A stretch of 64,000 nt of DNA, taken from positions 59,148,001-59,212,000 of the forward strand of contig NC_042999.1 of NCBI RefSeq assembly GCF_006345805.1, in the 5' to 3' direction. The translations under genes and the position numbers were made by a program. The stretch comes from Octopus sinensis (lineage: Eukaryota). The notes under the pieces are model-generated. The model made no database searches and was not told the DNA's origin. It saw nothing but the letters and a program-made list of their open reading frames with translations. Positions 12,199-26,785 of the stretch are shown here, in pieces. Position 1 is the stretch's first letter. Each line of letters begins with the position of its first letter.

Positions 12199-13105
12199 CA
12201 TACACATATATGTATATATATGTATATATAATGTATATATATATGTAATATATATATATAGATATATATATATATATAATATATATATATATATACATAT
12301 ACATATAGATGCTGTATATGTATATTTATAAATCTATCTCCTCTCCGCATATTTGTGTATGTATTTATGAATATATATGTGTATTTATATAATATATATA
12401 AATATGCATATACACACATTTATATATATATATATACATACAAATATATGAGTATATACATATACATATATACATATATATATATAGTGTGTGTGTGTGT
12501 ACGTATGTGCATGTGTGTGTTGTAACGTACGACCTGTAAAATATTAAATTACATTGAAAGATGAAGTATTCAATACGTTGGATGCACTGGATATATATGG
12601 TTATTACATCATAAGTTCACACACACGCATATATTTATACATACATACATATATATATATATATTATATATATATATATGTATACGAACATTCATAGAAC
12701 TTGTGTATGCGTTTATGTATGTACGAGCAAATATATATCCTCCATAAAATATTCCAATACGTGCAAACTCATAAATTGAGACATATATGTATTTACACTA
12801 TTTAAGATACTATCTATGAAGTGTCAGTATGTATATTAATTTTTGATCTATGTTGTGTAAACATGAAAGACACGTTCCGAAGCACACACGCATACACACA
12901 CAAGCACACGCGCTCTCTCCCACACATGTTTTAAATCAAATACATACCTTATATACGGATATATTGCTATAGGCACGCATACATACAAGTTCGCACAAAC
13001 ATACATACACACATTATTCATGTAGGCTGTTGTGTACCTCTGTTTATATTTACAACTGATATTATATCATGTATATAAATATATGTATGCATATACATAT
13101 CTATG

Positions 13106-13152
<47 letters not shown>

Positions 13153-13156
13153 ATAT

Positions 13157-13210
<54 letters not shown>

Positions 13211-13213
13211 TAT

Positions 13214-13244
<31 letters not shown>

Positions 13245-14444
13245 TGCACATATATATATATATATAATATATATATATATACATACACACATATATATAT
13301 ATACAAATATATACATGCATACATATATTCACACACACACACACACATATATATATGTATTTATGTATGTATGTATCATCTATAAATATCGATAGATATT
13401 TGCATTTGCGTTTGTGTGTAAATATATGCGTACATGTGTGCATATACATGTTATACACTCTCATCTGCATATTACCTCTCTTACATGCTAACACATAGAC
13501 GTATATATGTGCATAGATACAAACATGTGCTTACATTGTCCAATAAATAATTTACCATGCTAGAAATTAAAAAAATAATATATACATATATACATGTAGA
13601 TCTGTAAAATAAAATATTGCAAACTATATTTGAAAGTAATTCTGCTCTCTCTTATTTCCTATTTCTCTGAAGACACATCAAACACTCGCTATTTCAGAGA
13701 TTACAACACGTCAAATTTAGCTGTAATCTAAGTACGAGTAAATTACTCGAGTGCACAGATGGAAGCTTATGTAATAAAACTACGCAAAGCGTCGAAAATT
13801 CACATCAGCCTATATCAAACACCTTGATTTTTCTATCGCTTTGTAGAATTTTTGAAAATTGTCTCAGCTGCTTGGCAATGAAACGTTTTGAAGGTGTCAT
13901 TCGGTACATGCTTAATATAGTTTCATATTGCGAGTTGATTATATGTTTTGAGGATATAAGTCGCACATAGACATACTAGTTATGCATAGATTATATTAAT
14001 CACACGTTGATTTATCATTCCTCAGTTACGCAATCCCCGAAAGCATGCAGAATTAATACCGAACAGAGCGTGATAAATGACGAGTTTAAGCATCCTGGAT
14101 ATTTAAGCTCCCGCCGCGGTTTCATTTCCCAGGTGAAACAATTGTATTTTTATTTTATCCAGAAAATCCAAGGGAAAGCCACGAATAGTACCTTCTACTG
14201 GCAATTTTCTCTCCCTTAAAATAGAAAACTTGACATGCTAGAAGTAACACCTAAACCTAGAAATAGCAGTTAAATCAAACCCTGGCACTTTAAAAAAAAG
14301 AGATAAAAGCCTTATATTATGTCTAATGGCTTAAATTTAAAAAAGAGACGAAACATGAATTCAACTACACTGAGAAATGTCAGTTATTTTGTGGAAACTT
14401 TAAGATATTTTAACATTTTTTATTGCGTTTTACTTTTCTTTTTC

Positions 14445-14830
14445 TTTTTACTTGTTTCAGTCATTAGGCTGTGGTCATGCTGGGGCGCCGCCATGAGCTT
14501 TTCGTCCAATGAACTTATTTTTTTAAAGCCTGGTACTTATTGTATCGGCCTCTTTTGCCGATACAATAGTTTAAATAATTGCGGGATACAAACACACCAA
14601 CACCGGTTGTCAAGCGGTGCTGGTGTGACAAACAAATACACAAACATACACACACACGCACACACATATATGTATATGACGGTCTTCTTGTAGTTTCCGT
14701 CTACCAAATCCACTCACAAGGCTTTGGCGATAGTAGAAGACACTTGCCCAAGGTGCTGCGCAATGGGAGTGAACCGGGGAACCATGTGGTTGCGAAGCAA
14801 GCTTCTTACCAGTCAGCCACGCCTGCGCCT
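14445..14830 (-). mobile_element. SINE family A, near complete
   Basis: Head and tail both match 56707-57115. Confidence 0.85.
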
Positions 14831-15203
14831 ATGTTTTCGAATGTTGTCTATAGCATAAAGCTGGAGTTAAGATATTTATTTGCCAACGACAAATCCGCTA
14901 AATGTTTGATCAAATCATTCCAATTAACAAACGTTCTGTCAAATCATAACCGTCTTCATAAGAGAGATATACGACACAATGTCATTCTAGATGTACACAA
15001 AGACGACATGACCACAATTCGAGACACTTAGATCTTTGCCCTCATCGACGAATTGTAGTGTGACATTCAAAAGTAAAAAAAAACAAAACATTTTATTGCT
15101 TACACGTTATATCATGTTATTTGCGCAGACGGTGTAAGGCTTTATATACTGGTACGAATGAAATTAAATCAGCTCACTGTATATTAACATTTATCTTACT
15201 TAC

Positions 15204-15248
15204 AGAGAGAGCTGTCTGGAGGACCAGAGTTCTTTAATAGATAGTTTC
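15204..15248 (-). CDS. Candidate 45-nt exon (phase 2-2: (M)KLSIKELWSSRQLS(L), or phase 1-1: GNYLLKNSGPPDSSL)
   Basis: Consensus donor gtaagtaag; acceptor ctaacttaag is moderate; frame ambiguous. Confidence 0.3.
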
Positions 15249-15345
15249 CTTAAGTTAGCATTATTTATACAAGCATATACAGAAACACCCATATGTGTGT
15301 GTGTAAATATATAAAAAAAAAATAATTATAAGATATATATAATGT

Positions 15346-15394
<49 letters not shown>

Positions 15395-15488
15395 TATAAT
15401 CATATTAATACTACTACTAATAATAATAATGATGATATTAATAATAATATATACATATATATATTCATACATACACACACAGACATAG

Positions 15489-15542
<54 letters not shown>

Positions 15543-15960
15543 GCCAAATATAGAATATATACTATATATACATATATACAAATAAGTGTGTGTGTTTGTG
15601 TGTTTGTGCATGTATACAGTCAGGGAAAAAGACGAGCGGAAAGTGACAAAGCGAACGCCAACATATTGCAAGAAATTACTTAATGTTACAACGTAATGAC
15701 TGGCTTCAGTTGGTGTCTGCGTACACCTACGTAGACTAAATCATTGCCAGGTGAAAATATTTGCTATGGACACTTTGCTTCCATAGTGATTGATTAGGTA
15801 ATTAGGTTACGTTATATACACAGTTTACTGATGCTTCATGAACAGAAGAATCTACGCAGGCTGCATTGGTATTACTCAGACCTGCTCATAGAATAAGCAA
15901 TTATATACCGTTTTAGGCTTTAACGTTGTTAATTATTAAAGTGTAGGTAATTCATTGAAT

Positions 15961-16527
15961 GTGGAGGCGTGTGGCTTACTGGTTAGGGTGTCAAAATCAT
16001 GATCGCAAGATTGTGGTTTCGATTCCTGGACCGGCCGACGCGTTGTGTTCTTCAGCAAAACACTTCATTTCACGTTGCTCCAGTCCACTCAGCTGGCAAA
16101 AATGAGTAACGCTGCGATGGACTGGCATCCCGTCCAGCTGAGGAACACATACACCATTGAAACCGGGAAATCGAACCCACGAGCCTGGCTAGGCTTTAAA
16201 AGGGCGCATTTATTTGTGTAGGCGCAATGGCCCAGTGGTTAGGGCAGCGGACTTGCGGTCGGAGGATCGCAGCTTCGATTCCCAGACCGGGCGTTGTGTG
16301 TGTTTATTGAGCGAAAACAGGTACGGCTCCACGAGACTCCGGCAGGGGGTGGGTGGCGACCCTTGTTGTAGTCTTTTGCTCCAACATTCTCTCACTCTTT
16401 CTTCCTGTGTTTTGAGTAACATTGCGATGGACTGGCTTTCTGTCCAGCTGGGGGGAGGGGGACACATACGCCACAGAAACCGGGAAACCGGGCACATGAA
16501 CCTGGCTCGGCTTGAAAAGGGCGCATA
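15961..16527 (+). mobile_element. Head-to-tail SINE dimer: family D (15961-16215) then family C (16216-16527)
   Basis: Two tRNA-like heads and a shared 3' tail (gatggactggc...ccagctg...gaaaccgggaa...aaagggcgcat). Confidence 0.85.
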
Positions 16528-17401
16528 AAAATTTGGAAAAAAAAATTCTGGTATCCGATGGACATAATTGCGTGGTGCCTTCACAGTTTCTTCACGACCT
16601 TAATAGTAACCTTCTTGAATATCTAATGGACAAGAAGCGTTACCACGCGGAGAAAATGTTTAGTGCGAGATTTCATCCGTCTTTACGTTCTAAGTTACAA
16701 ATCCATCGAGGTAGACTTTCTCGTGCATCCTTTCGAGGGTTAAAAAAATAAACACCAGTTGAGCACGAGGTCGATATAATTGAGTAGCCTCGTCCCTGGA
16801 TATTTCAGGCCTTGTGCCTATAGTAAAAAGGATTATTATCCACATAACATTCGTTGGTGTACTAGATGACTCATCTCCACCCGCTCAGTAAAGTTTCGAA
16901 CTTCACCGTTACGGTAGCATAGGTGCGCAAGAAAGGACGTTAACTCTTGCTCACTGTGCCGAGTCGAATAATTGAAGAGAATAGCAGACTTATGTCCTCT
17001 CACATGTTGGTGTCAATAACCCACACTGCATTCCAGTAATAATGTAAGTAATTTAACGTTAGAACTCCAGAAAAACTAACGCTTGAATAACCTATACTGA
17101 TTATAGCGAAAGACTAGATGATTTAGGACAGAAATAGATGAAAGAATCAGTGTTCGTATGAATATTTACTATACGAATACAAGACATATTTTTGAATGGC
17201 TTCTTTGTTCAGCAACCAATAAAATTACGACGCCCTGTTGACAATTCATATTTCTATGAAATTGCATTACCTATTTCAGTAGTTTGAATTATCGGTATTG
17301 TGAGACTCAGTTATAATTCACGAATATCAACTTCTGGTGATGTGTATGTAAAATCAAATTTATATTTCGAGTAGTTTACTCCGGTTCAAAAAGAAACTTA
17401 C

Positions 17402-17460
17402 ATTAGTTCATCTAGCGGAGTTACATCAGTTGGAGAGAAAAACAGTGCCTCTGGAAAATT
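17402..17460 (-). CDS. Candidate exon: NFPEALFFSPTDVTPLDEL(M/I), phase 0->2
   Basis: Strong polypyrimidine acceptor (tattttccccttttcag), consensus donor gtaagt and an open frame; in phase with the 32263 donor. Confidence 0.65.
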
Positions 17461-17676
17461 CTGAAAAGGGGAAAATATTGTATAATCGATAAGCCGAAAA
17501 TCAATGTGTGACATGAAAGATATATTTATCCAAAAGAGTAATACAGATTCCAAGAAGAAACACAAATTAAATGTCGTAAATAGCATCACAGAAAAAAAGC
17601 ACTGATAACATATGGATCTCCCAAAACATGTAAGGGATCAATTGTTTCAAATTCATTCAACAAGTTTCATTACACA

Positions 17677-17727
<51 letters not shown>

Positions 17728-18580
17728 CCACACACGCTCGCGCGCGCGAAGTTGTTTGTATTCAACATCAAAACTGCGCAAGATATATTATTCTCTACGA
17801 TCTTCTCTATAATTAGAATTATCATATCAGTGTTGCATCATTTTATTTCTAAAATATATTTTACAATTGGCAATAGGCGCATGCGCGTCTATGAAGTAAG
17901 AGAAATTTGCTTCTGAAACAAATGGTTCCGGGTTCATACCCATCCCTTGGCACAGACTAAGCAGGTTTCCTGTGTCTTGACAGATTTGAATTGGCTTCTC
18001 CTCAGTTCATACAACTTCGATAAATATCCTTTTGGCTTATAGTTCTGATAGTTCTCTACAGCTGACCTTCTTTGTTAATATTCCTCACTGACTTTTTGGC
18101 ATCATCATCGATAATGGTTGGTGCCCGTGGGAAGAATTGCAGCGTTTCGATAGCTACTCATTGCTTAGAACATTTTCTCTCTTTGATACAATTGAAAAAT
18201 TTCTGCCAAGGGCTTTAAATTCCACTCGAACTCTGTGTAGTAATGACCTTCCAACGGTTGAAAAGATGGTAATTCATAAATCGCAGTCGTCTGAACATAG
18301 TGTCAACAATAACTAGAAAGAAATAAAACACTTCTAATTAGTTTCGAAAATGAAAAATATTGGCAATTAACTGTTTTCAAATATCTCTTGAAATTTCTAT
18401 CTATATGTGTTCATGTACACACACAAACACACACACACTCACACACACACATACACACAAACACACACACACATACACACAAACACATATATATATATAC
18501 CTTATATACACCTATATACAGTATATATATATAACCTATATACCTTTAGATATATGTACACACCTCATATACATACATCC

Positions 18581-18616
<36 letters not shown>

Positions 18617-18617
18617 A

Positions 18618-21567
18618 TCACAATATTAAAAATCAATTAAACCCAAACTACATTAGCCACAGACGATATAACAACCCTCAGTACAACCTTAATCCAGTAC
18701 ACTACACAGCCACTCTACCACGAACATACTACCATAGACACAATTTACACCCACCTTTCCCTCAGCAAACCAAACAAAATACAGTCCTTCCACTACAATC
18801 CACATACTACAACCATTTTTTAGAAGCAAACCAGAGAAACAGAGTTGTGAAATGGAAACAAATAAACAAGTCTAACCGAAAATAATCAACCTGTCAAAGA
18901 AAATCCTGAGTTCTATACAAATCAAAATCCTAGCAAGAGGTCTAAAGTTTTCTCCTAACCCCCGCAGATCGAACCCAAATGAGATTAGGACAATACTTTG
19001 GACTTCTGCCGAAAATTACGCCTCACAGAAGCTCTTTACAACTACACCAGAGAAGATGATTCAATTGTGAAAAACAAAAGTGAGTACCATCCTACAATAG
19101 GTAGAAATAAAGCACTTGATGTTTTCTGTGATCACATAACTTGTTTTCTTTACAATACCATTCCAAAACAACATATCAAATCCAACTTTAATTTAAATGA
19201 ATGGAAAGACCTTGTCGAGCTAAAAAATGACTTAACCCTTACTATTAAAGAAGCCGACAAAGGGAGTGCGGTAGTATTGATGGACACAGAGTACTACAAA
19301 AATTTAATACTTTCCATATTGGAAAATAATACTTACTATGAGAAACTAACATATTACAACCCACAGAAAACACTGAAAAACTTATCCTCCTTACTCCAAA
19401 TTCATGGAAAGAGTCTTACAACACATGACATTGACTATTTATCCAATTTCAAATACAGTCCTAGTCTATTCTACGGATTACCCAAAATACATAAAAATCC
19501 ACTCATTTGTGAAGCCTGCAAAGTCTTTACAAGCCTATGCATTAATGTCCCTCCTCCTACTGACCTCAAACTCAGACCCATCATAGCTGGGCCTTCTTGC
19601 GAAACCCACCGTTTGAGTAACTTCCTCGACATTTACTCAAACCTCTTTTAAAATATGTGAAAAGCTATATTAGGGATGGCCTAGACATGCTGAACCACCT
19701 CCCGAAGACAGTAAAGGACGGAACTCTACTGGTATCTTTCGATGTGGTGAATCTATACACTAATATCCCACACGACTATGGTATAGAAGCAATCACATTT
19801 TGGCTAGGAAAATACCCAGAAGAGATCCCAGGACGAATTAACCACAATTTTATAATTGAAGCACTGAAATTCGTCCTGTTGATCAACCATTTCTTGTTCG
19901 ATACTACTTACTATCGACAGAAATGCGGAATTGCAATGGGGACCAGAGCTGCTCCAGTGATTGCAAAGCTCGTAATGGGTTACCACGAACTTAAATTATA
20001 CCAATTATCACTAGAAATATATGGCGCCTCTTTTAATTGCTACTTAAAGGAGCACTGGAAGAGATATTTAGATGATTGCTTCATACTTTGGCAAGACAGC
20101 ATGAATCAACTCCTTGATTTCAAAAGAATGCTCAACAACATACACAGCAATATACAATTCACTATGGAACACAACAGTAAGCAACTCCCTTTTCTAGACA
20201 TCTTAATTAGACTAGTTAACAACCACATAGAAACAGACATCTTTTATAAACCCACAGATTCTAAACAATACCTATTATTTAACTCCTGCCACCCCAAACA
20301 CATAAAATCAACATACCCTTTAACCTAGCAAAAAGAATCTGCACCATAGTTTCCGATACATACACTCGAGAACATAGACTCCTTGAACTTAGATCTACAC
20401 TAACTAAAAGACATTACCCAATCTCATTAGTAAATAAAGGCATAAAAAGAGCGAAGCAAATAGATATACAAAGGTTAAGGAAAGCTAGCCGAAATACTAA
20501 ACAAGACTTAAAAACACTCCTGTACATCTCCACACTTAACCCCAGAAACAGCGAAGCCTTCAACATCATCGCCCAAAACCTTCCCATCCTCACAGCAGAC
20601 AAAACAATGAACGAAATTTTAAGCTCTTTTAAAATTATAAAAAGCAAAATGCAACCGAAGTCCCTGAAAAAATATTGACCACCGCTAGACATTACCCACT
20701 AACAACTGAGCCAAAAGTAACAAAATGTGAACGTTCTAACTGTGGAACATTCCCCCAACTTCTGGAGGGTTCAGAATTCCAATTCAAACAAGGAGAAATA
20801 TTTAAGATCAAATCAAATTTCACCTGCGCCTCAGCAAATGTAATCTATGTCATGACACGCATAGGATGTGGTAAACTCTATATTGGACAAACAGGAATTT
20901 CGCCCCGTCAAAGAATCACCATTCACAAAGAGCAAATCCGTCACCCACAATACAGACAGTTAAAGGTGAGTGAACACATAGAAAGATGTGCCAGGGATCT
21001 TAATCCCAATTTCCAAATATTTCCCTTTTACCAATGTTCACAGAACACAACAATGCAACAAAGGTCGAATAAAGAGGCATTTTTCATCAATAAATTTCTC
21101 CCCCAACTAAATATGAACACACAACACAATACAGAAAACCACTAACTCTTCAATTGAAACCACTAAACCCTATACACTTCCTACACCACTCACATCTCTA
21201 AATCCAGAACTACTTACCTCCTTTACAAATAATCCAGAACTACTTACCTCCCTTACAAATAATCTTTTTTCTCAGGAACTATTAGACCTGACACCCTGTA
21301 TTAACCGGTGTTGTTCAAACGATGAATAGCTTTGCGTAAACCATGGTCCGTTTTGTTCTCTTACTTTATTATCATCTTATAATCATCTCATAATAATGAC
21401 TTTTATGACTCGTATTACTACCTCAGTCAATCTAAATGTATATATTTGTCTTTACCTGCCATAAATAGCCGTTTTTATTTGCAATGTGAATTTTCGTTGA
21501 TTTTTCATATTTTACCCTTGTATTTTACACGTGTATTTTATATTTTCTTTTCGTATCATATTTCTAC

Positions 21568-21627
<60 letters not shown>

Positions 21628-21645
21628 ATATATATATAATATATA

Positions 21646-21716
<71 letters not shown>

Positions 21717-21935
21717 CGTATGTATATAATTGGCTGAAGATTACTGGACATTTTAAAACTGATGTAATACAGTGTTTAATAAAATGAAGTAGCATGAAAC
21801 AATTGTACTTCTCTACCTTGGATATACTTGTTGCTTATTTTGATTATAATCATCCCATTTGATTTATATGGATAATACCATACAAAATCCTGGTGCCTTT
21901 AACTTAAGTACCATATTCATCTGAATCTAAATTTT
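18618..21935 (+). mobile_element. Decayed Penelope-like element (RT + C-terminal GIY-YIG; Neptune/Naiad-type); boundaries approximate
   Basis: Motifs IINLS..LARGLKF (18880-18960), ADKGSAVV, FYGLPKIHK, LRPIIAG, DVVNLYTNIP, GIAMGTRAAP, RYLDD, LPFLD, YKPTDSKQYL, Cys linker CERSNC and VIY..C..YIGQT. Confidence 0.9.
18879..21145 (+). pseudogene. PLE polyprotein (RT-GIY-YIG), about 3 frameshifts
   Basis: ORF-track pieces 18998-19651, 19657-20328 and 20675-21145 join via frameshifts near 18995, 19640 and 20310. Confidence 0.85.
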
Positions 21936-21942
21936 GATGAAC

Positions 21943-21973
<31 letters not shown>

Positions 21974-22829
21974 AACACTCATACATATGTGTCTGTCTAT
22001 GCCTGGATGTATATGTCTGTACATATATACATAGGTATGTGGAAATAAAAGAAGAGAGTAACTGCTTTGACAATTTATTTCGTTTATATGACCAACTATT
22101 AATATTTTGATTCTCTTAACTTCTCTCCATGTTCCAGTTAAAACCGCGTAGGTCATTTAAAGTAAACTATACACATATCTTGAGTCCTTCTAACAAATCA
22201 TTGCTTCTGGCTGAAGATAAAAAGAAGTTATTCTGTTGTAACTTTCCCTTGAATATCGTGTAAACATGGTCATCGCTTATCTCTTTCCGTTGTGTTTTCG
22301 TCCTTTTCAGTTACACTTCATTATTTAAAGTTTGTGACATATACGTGACGACGATGATTAAATACATTTGTGAAGTAAAGACAAATAAAACATGATTAAT
22401 ATTTATATCAGGACGAGACAGCATAATGAGATCGTACAACCTGCTAAACTTTGCAACCAAATTACCTCGAAATCACGACTTGCTCGCACAAAATACGATG
22501 CATTAGATAATGGCATTAGTGTCTTTCATTATAAGTCTTCCTAACAATTTCCAGCTTAAAACTAAACAACAACATCAAGAAATACGCGTAGCGTCAAAGA
22601 TTTTTAATGTGTTGTCCACCATAGTATTTATATGAAATTTACATGGTCAGTAACGGCTAACTCCGTATTTCAGCATACAAATTTTCAAACTGGTAAAGCA
22701 TATTTTAATTTGTCCTTTTAAAAAAACACATGTATAAAGGAATTTAGCCGCTCATCCAAAAATTACAGTGTGTATGTGTATGTACGTATGTATGTATATA
22801 TGTATAATATATCTATTATATAAAATGCG

Positions 22830-23010
22830 TTCTGTGTTGACAACCGATGCTGGTGTGTTTACGTCCCCGTAACTTAGCGGTTCGGCAAAAGAGACCGATA
22901 GAATAAGTACTAGGCTTTCAAAGAATAAGCCCTGGGGTCGACTTGCTCGTCTAAAGGCGGTGCTCCAGCATGGCCACACTCAAATGGCTAAAACAAGTAA
23001 AAGAGTAGGT
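22830..23010 (+). mobile_element. SINE family A 3' half
   Basis: Matches 56707-57115. Confidence 0.8.
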
Positions 23011-23261
23011 AAAAGAGAGAGAAGGAAAGAAAATTATGTTGGATAATTTACAACGAATTCTTCCAAATTATAGACGGTAACGGAGGGAATGCTTTCGAGT
23101 AAAGGACTGCTCGATTAGTACTGACCCAGGACTACGCAACATAAGCATAACATCATACATTGAATGAACCTCTGTTCATTCTATCAGTTTGCTACATATG
23201 ATCTCTAAAAACACTCCAAAATCACATATTAATGACATACTGATTTTAAATAATATAGTCC

Positions 23262-23560
23262 CAAATATGGCCTAGTGGTTAGAGCAGCGGACTCGCGGTT
23301 GAGGGTTGGCAGGTTCGAATCTCAGACCGGGTGATCTGTGTGTTTATGAGCAAAAACAGCTAAGCTCCACGCGGCTCCGGCAGAAGGTGATGGCGAACTT
23401 CTGCTGACATTTTCGTCAGAACTTTCTCTCACTCTTTCCTCCTGCATCTTGCAGCTCACCTGCGACAGACCGGCGTCCCGTCCAGGAGCGGAACCTATAC
23501 GCCAAGGAAACCAAGAAACCGGCCCTTATGAGCAGGGAATGGCTCGAGAAGGGGACAAAC
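23262..23560 (+). mobile_element. SINE family C variant
   Basis: tRNA-like head (tggcctagtggttagagcagcggactc...ggttcgaatc) and a tail like 16216-16527. Confidence 0.75.
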
Positions 23561-24129
23561 AAATATACAAAATAAGGAAACGGTCATAGCTTGAACTGAA
23601 CTGAACTGGGTCCAGCAGCATTATCGATAAAAAATGAGCAACAATAACATGTTCTGAAGTAAGTAGGCGTCTCAGATGACAAAAATGATCGGTACCAGAC
23701 AAAAATATATAAACAAACAAACCAACGATAAAACGTCTTAATCTGAAATTGAAATTTGTAAGTCAATTTCCCTATTGTGTAGATGGGACTTACACAAGAT
23801 TTGTCATTTCGGAATATGAGAATTAAGTACTATCAACTTGAATGACTGAGAAGAAGAAGCAGAAAAGGGAGAGAAAAAAAACAGCAATAAAAACAGCAAT
23901 AAATAATGCAACAGTATTAAGTATTCCAAACGGTATATATGCATGCATATACACACACACATATATATACATATACATATATACACACATATATACGGTA
24001 TATATATATATAATATACATTCATGTACACACATACACACACATATGCATATATAAATAAATAAATAAATAATATATATTATATAACATATACATATAAA
24101 TATATTATATTATATATATATACATATAC

Positions 24130-24162
<33 letters not shown>

Positions 24163-25094
24163 CATACATACATACACACACACGCACTCACACATCTTAT
24201 TTATATCCTTATACATCTAGACATGTATATGTATTATATATATATGTATATGATACATATATATATATATATAATATATATATATATTATATATCTATAT
24301 ATATATATATATACATATATATAATGTAAGTATATATATTTTTATATATATATATATATAAATCGATCTTTTTATACATATATCATTTAGTATTCCCTTC
24401 AAAGAAGGAAGAAAATGTATCTTTTCATGAATCTCGTAAAATAAATACATCTATTGTGACGTAAACTTTATCACCGAGGTGGTGTTTTGATGCTCTTATC
24501 TGCTGCTGCTTCATTTCGAACAATTATTTTCGGTTATAATGTATTCTCTTTGTCCATTTCAATATTATAAGATTTCTAGAATGATGCAAGCTAATGGAAG
24601 CATTCTTCAGCGTACTACTACAACTGAATAATATTGAGGATATAGAAAGTTTTTCTTTTCTTTTTTGTGGGTGGTGTTGATTGGTGTTGGTTGTGCAGAT
24701 ATAGAAATGTGAGAAAAACTATAAAAATATATCTAATCAGATGCTTTTAAGAATATATTTATATGCGTATACACACACAGTCGTGCACACACAATGGTGC
24801 GAATAATACATTTACATATCTATAAAATTACTAAAATGATATATAAACATATTTGATGTAATTTTTTGTCTGTCTGATTGGGTTTCAGTTTCTGTCTGTA
24901 TCTCTGACTGGCGATCTGTTTCACTGTCTGGTATGGGGCTGTGTCAGGTGAGACCCTCTGATAGGGTAATAGGGAAATACAAGGGACGCAGACAAAGAGA
25001 CGCGTGCACCCACATACTCTTACATCGATACGAACAATATATTTATATACTACATAAATTAAAGGTTTCAAATTTTGGTACAATACCAGCAATT

Positions 25095-25225
25095 GGACAG
25101 TAGATTATATCTACCCCGACAATTAACTGGTACATTTTGTATTGACACCGAAAGGTTGTAAACCAACGTTGATCTCGATGGAATTTGAGCTCAGGACGTA
25201 AAGACGGACGAAATGCCGCTAAGCA
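25095..25225 (-). mobile_element. SINE family B fragment
   Basis: Similarity to 1808-2010. Confidence 0.65.
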
Positions 25226-25409
25226 TTTTACAGAGATAAGTAAAAGCTCGTCCAATTTTGAAGGATAGAGAGTCAGAATTAGGCTTGAATGCAAAATCCT
25301 CATCACGGTTTTTGAAATGTAAAGACGCTCGAAGTTAGTCAGTGTAGAGCGAAAAGCAAGACACTAGGCAAGCACAATAATACAGACACTAGGCAAGCAC
25401 AATAATGTG

Positions 25410-25800
25410 ATCAGCACACTCAGCGAATGTCAACTCGAAAGCACAATGAAAGTATTTGCATGGAATTATGGATGCTTCTGGATCGGTAAAATCGACGAAG
25501 AATCCACAACCGTGCGCCTATCAAGCATTGGCTTGATATTACCTCAGATCTTCTTAAAGTCGTCCCCATTTCAAAAATGTTCGTGTCATGTCACTTGCTC
25601 TTGAACTAGTAAACACAATCACCGTCAGAGTAGTGAATTGTTATGCTCCAACCATGCACTTGCCTAAGCAGCCAATCGGTGAATTTTGCATTAACCTGCG
25701 CTTAGCGTTTTTATATATATATAGCTTTATCAAAGGAAGAATTTCTGTTGCTAATACTCGCTTTTTCTCCACTTTGACGATTTTGAAAGTCTTAAATTTG
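25410..25800 (+). mobile_element. Decayed LINE APE-endonuclease remnant
   Basis: RVMSLALELVNTITVRVVNCYAPT resembles the endonuclease YAP motif region; otherwise degraded. Confidence 0.4.
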
Positions 25801-26559
25801 AATCCCTGGCTAATGGTGGTATTTTCATCTCATTCACCTACCGGAGTTTTACGTGAGTATCAACTTCAATCGCGATCAATTTGCTAATAAAACTGCATCC
25901 ACTGCAATATCAATTGCAGAGAGACAAGAAGTTGATCAGTTTTATTTTATTTTTTTGCGCACAAGTAAAGTCGTCTGGCCCATCACTACCACACAATAAA
26001 ACAGAATAGCTCACCAACAAAACTTATACCTAAATAAATCAGGGCGGTGGGACTCAAGCATCCCACTTACTGAATCACTTACAAGATATAGATTAATAAA
26101 TTAAGTGTCATATAAAACGTTTCTCTAAAACATATAAAAAACTAATCCTTACGAAAGATAAATATCAATGTGAATGCCCGTGAATAATTTTTGTGTCCTT
26201 ATGTATATATATATATGTTTGCATGTTTGTTAGTATCAATACGTGCTTATGTGTGTGTAATTTATTTCAATGTTTATAAATATATATATATACGTATCTA
26301 TGACTATCGTCATTGTCTTAGGCCTCTTGTTCCAAGAAATTGTCCTTCCTGCTTTAATTCCTTTTATTTTTTCATCTTCTAACATACGAGAGGGTGCTGG
26401 AATGTTCCTGGATTTAAGGGTTTCGAGAAAGGCCTAGTTGGTGTCACAAACTTCAGAATTCTTTTATATGGCTTAGAATAACTGAACGACCGCTGCAATA
26501 ATCTTGTGAATCCAAGAAGGGAATATGCTGAGTAAAATCGTCAATAACCGATCCTCTCT

Positions 26560-26785
26560 CTTTACTCTTTTACTTTTTACTCTTTTACTTGTTTCAGTCA
26601 TTTGACTGCGGCCATGCTGGAGCACCGCCTTTAGTTGACCAAATCGACCCCGGGACTTATTCTTTGTAAGCCCAGTACTTATTCTATCGGTCTCTTTTGC
26701 CGAACCGCTAAGTGACGGGGACGTAAACACACCAGCATCGGTTGTCAAGCAATGCTAGGGGGACAAACACAGACACACAAACACA
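26560..26785 (-). mobile_element. SINE family A 3' half
   Basis: Near-identical to the tail of 56707-57115. Confidence 0.85.

Noticed and set aside
13095-13150. Other (TATC)n/(GATA)n arrays (13095-13150, 58168-58430) as Tx1 remnants
   Set aside because: No element sequence is present; these are empty potential targets.
18879-21420. Selenoprotein-encoding Naiad (in-frame TGA plus SECIS)
   Set aside because: No in-frame TGA at the Cys positions I checked, and the ATGA...AAA candidates in the 3' UTR lack a pairing helix.
22175-22210. 36-nt minus-strand exon candidate (RSNDLLEGLKI)
   Set aside because: Good acceptor but weak donor, and phase 1-1 is incompatible with the phase-0 join between the 32263 and 17460 exons.
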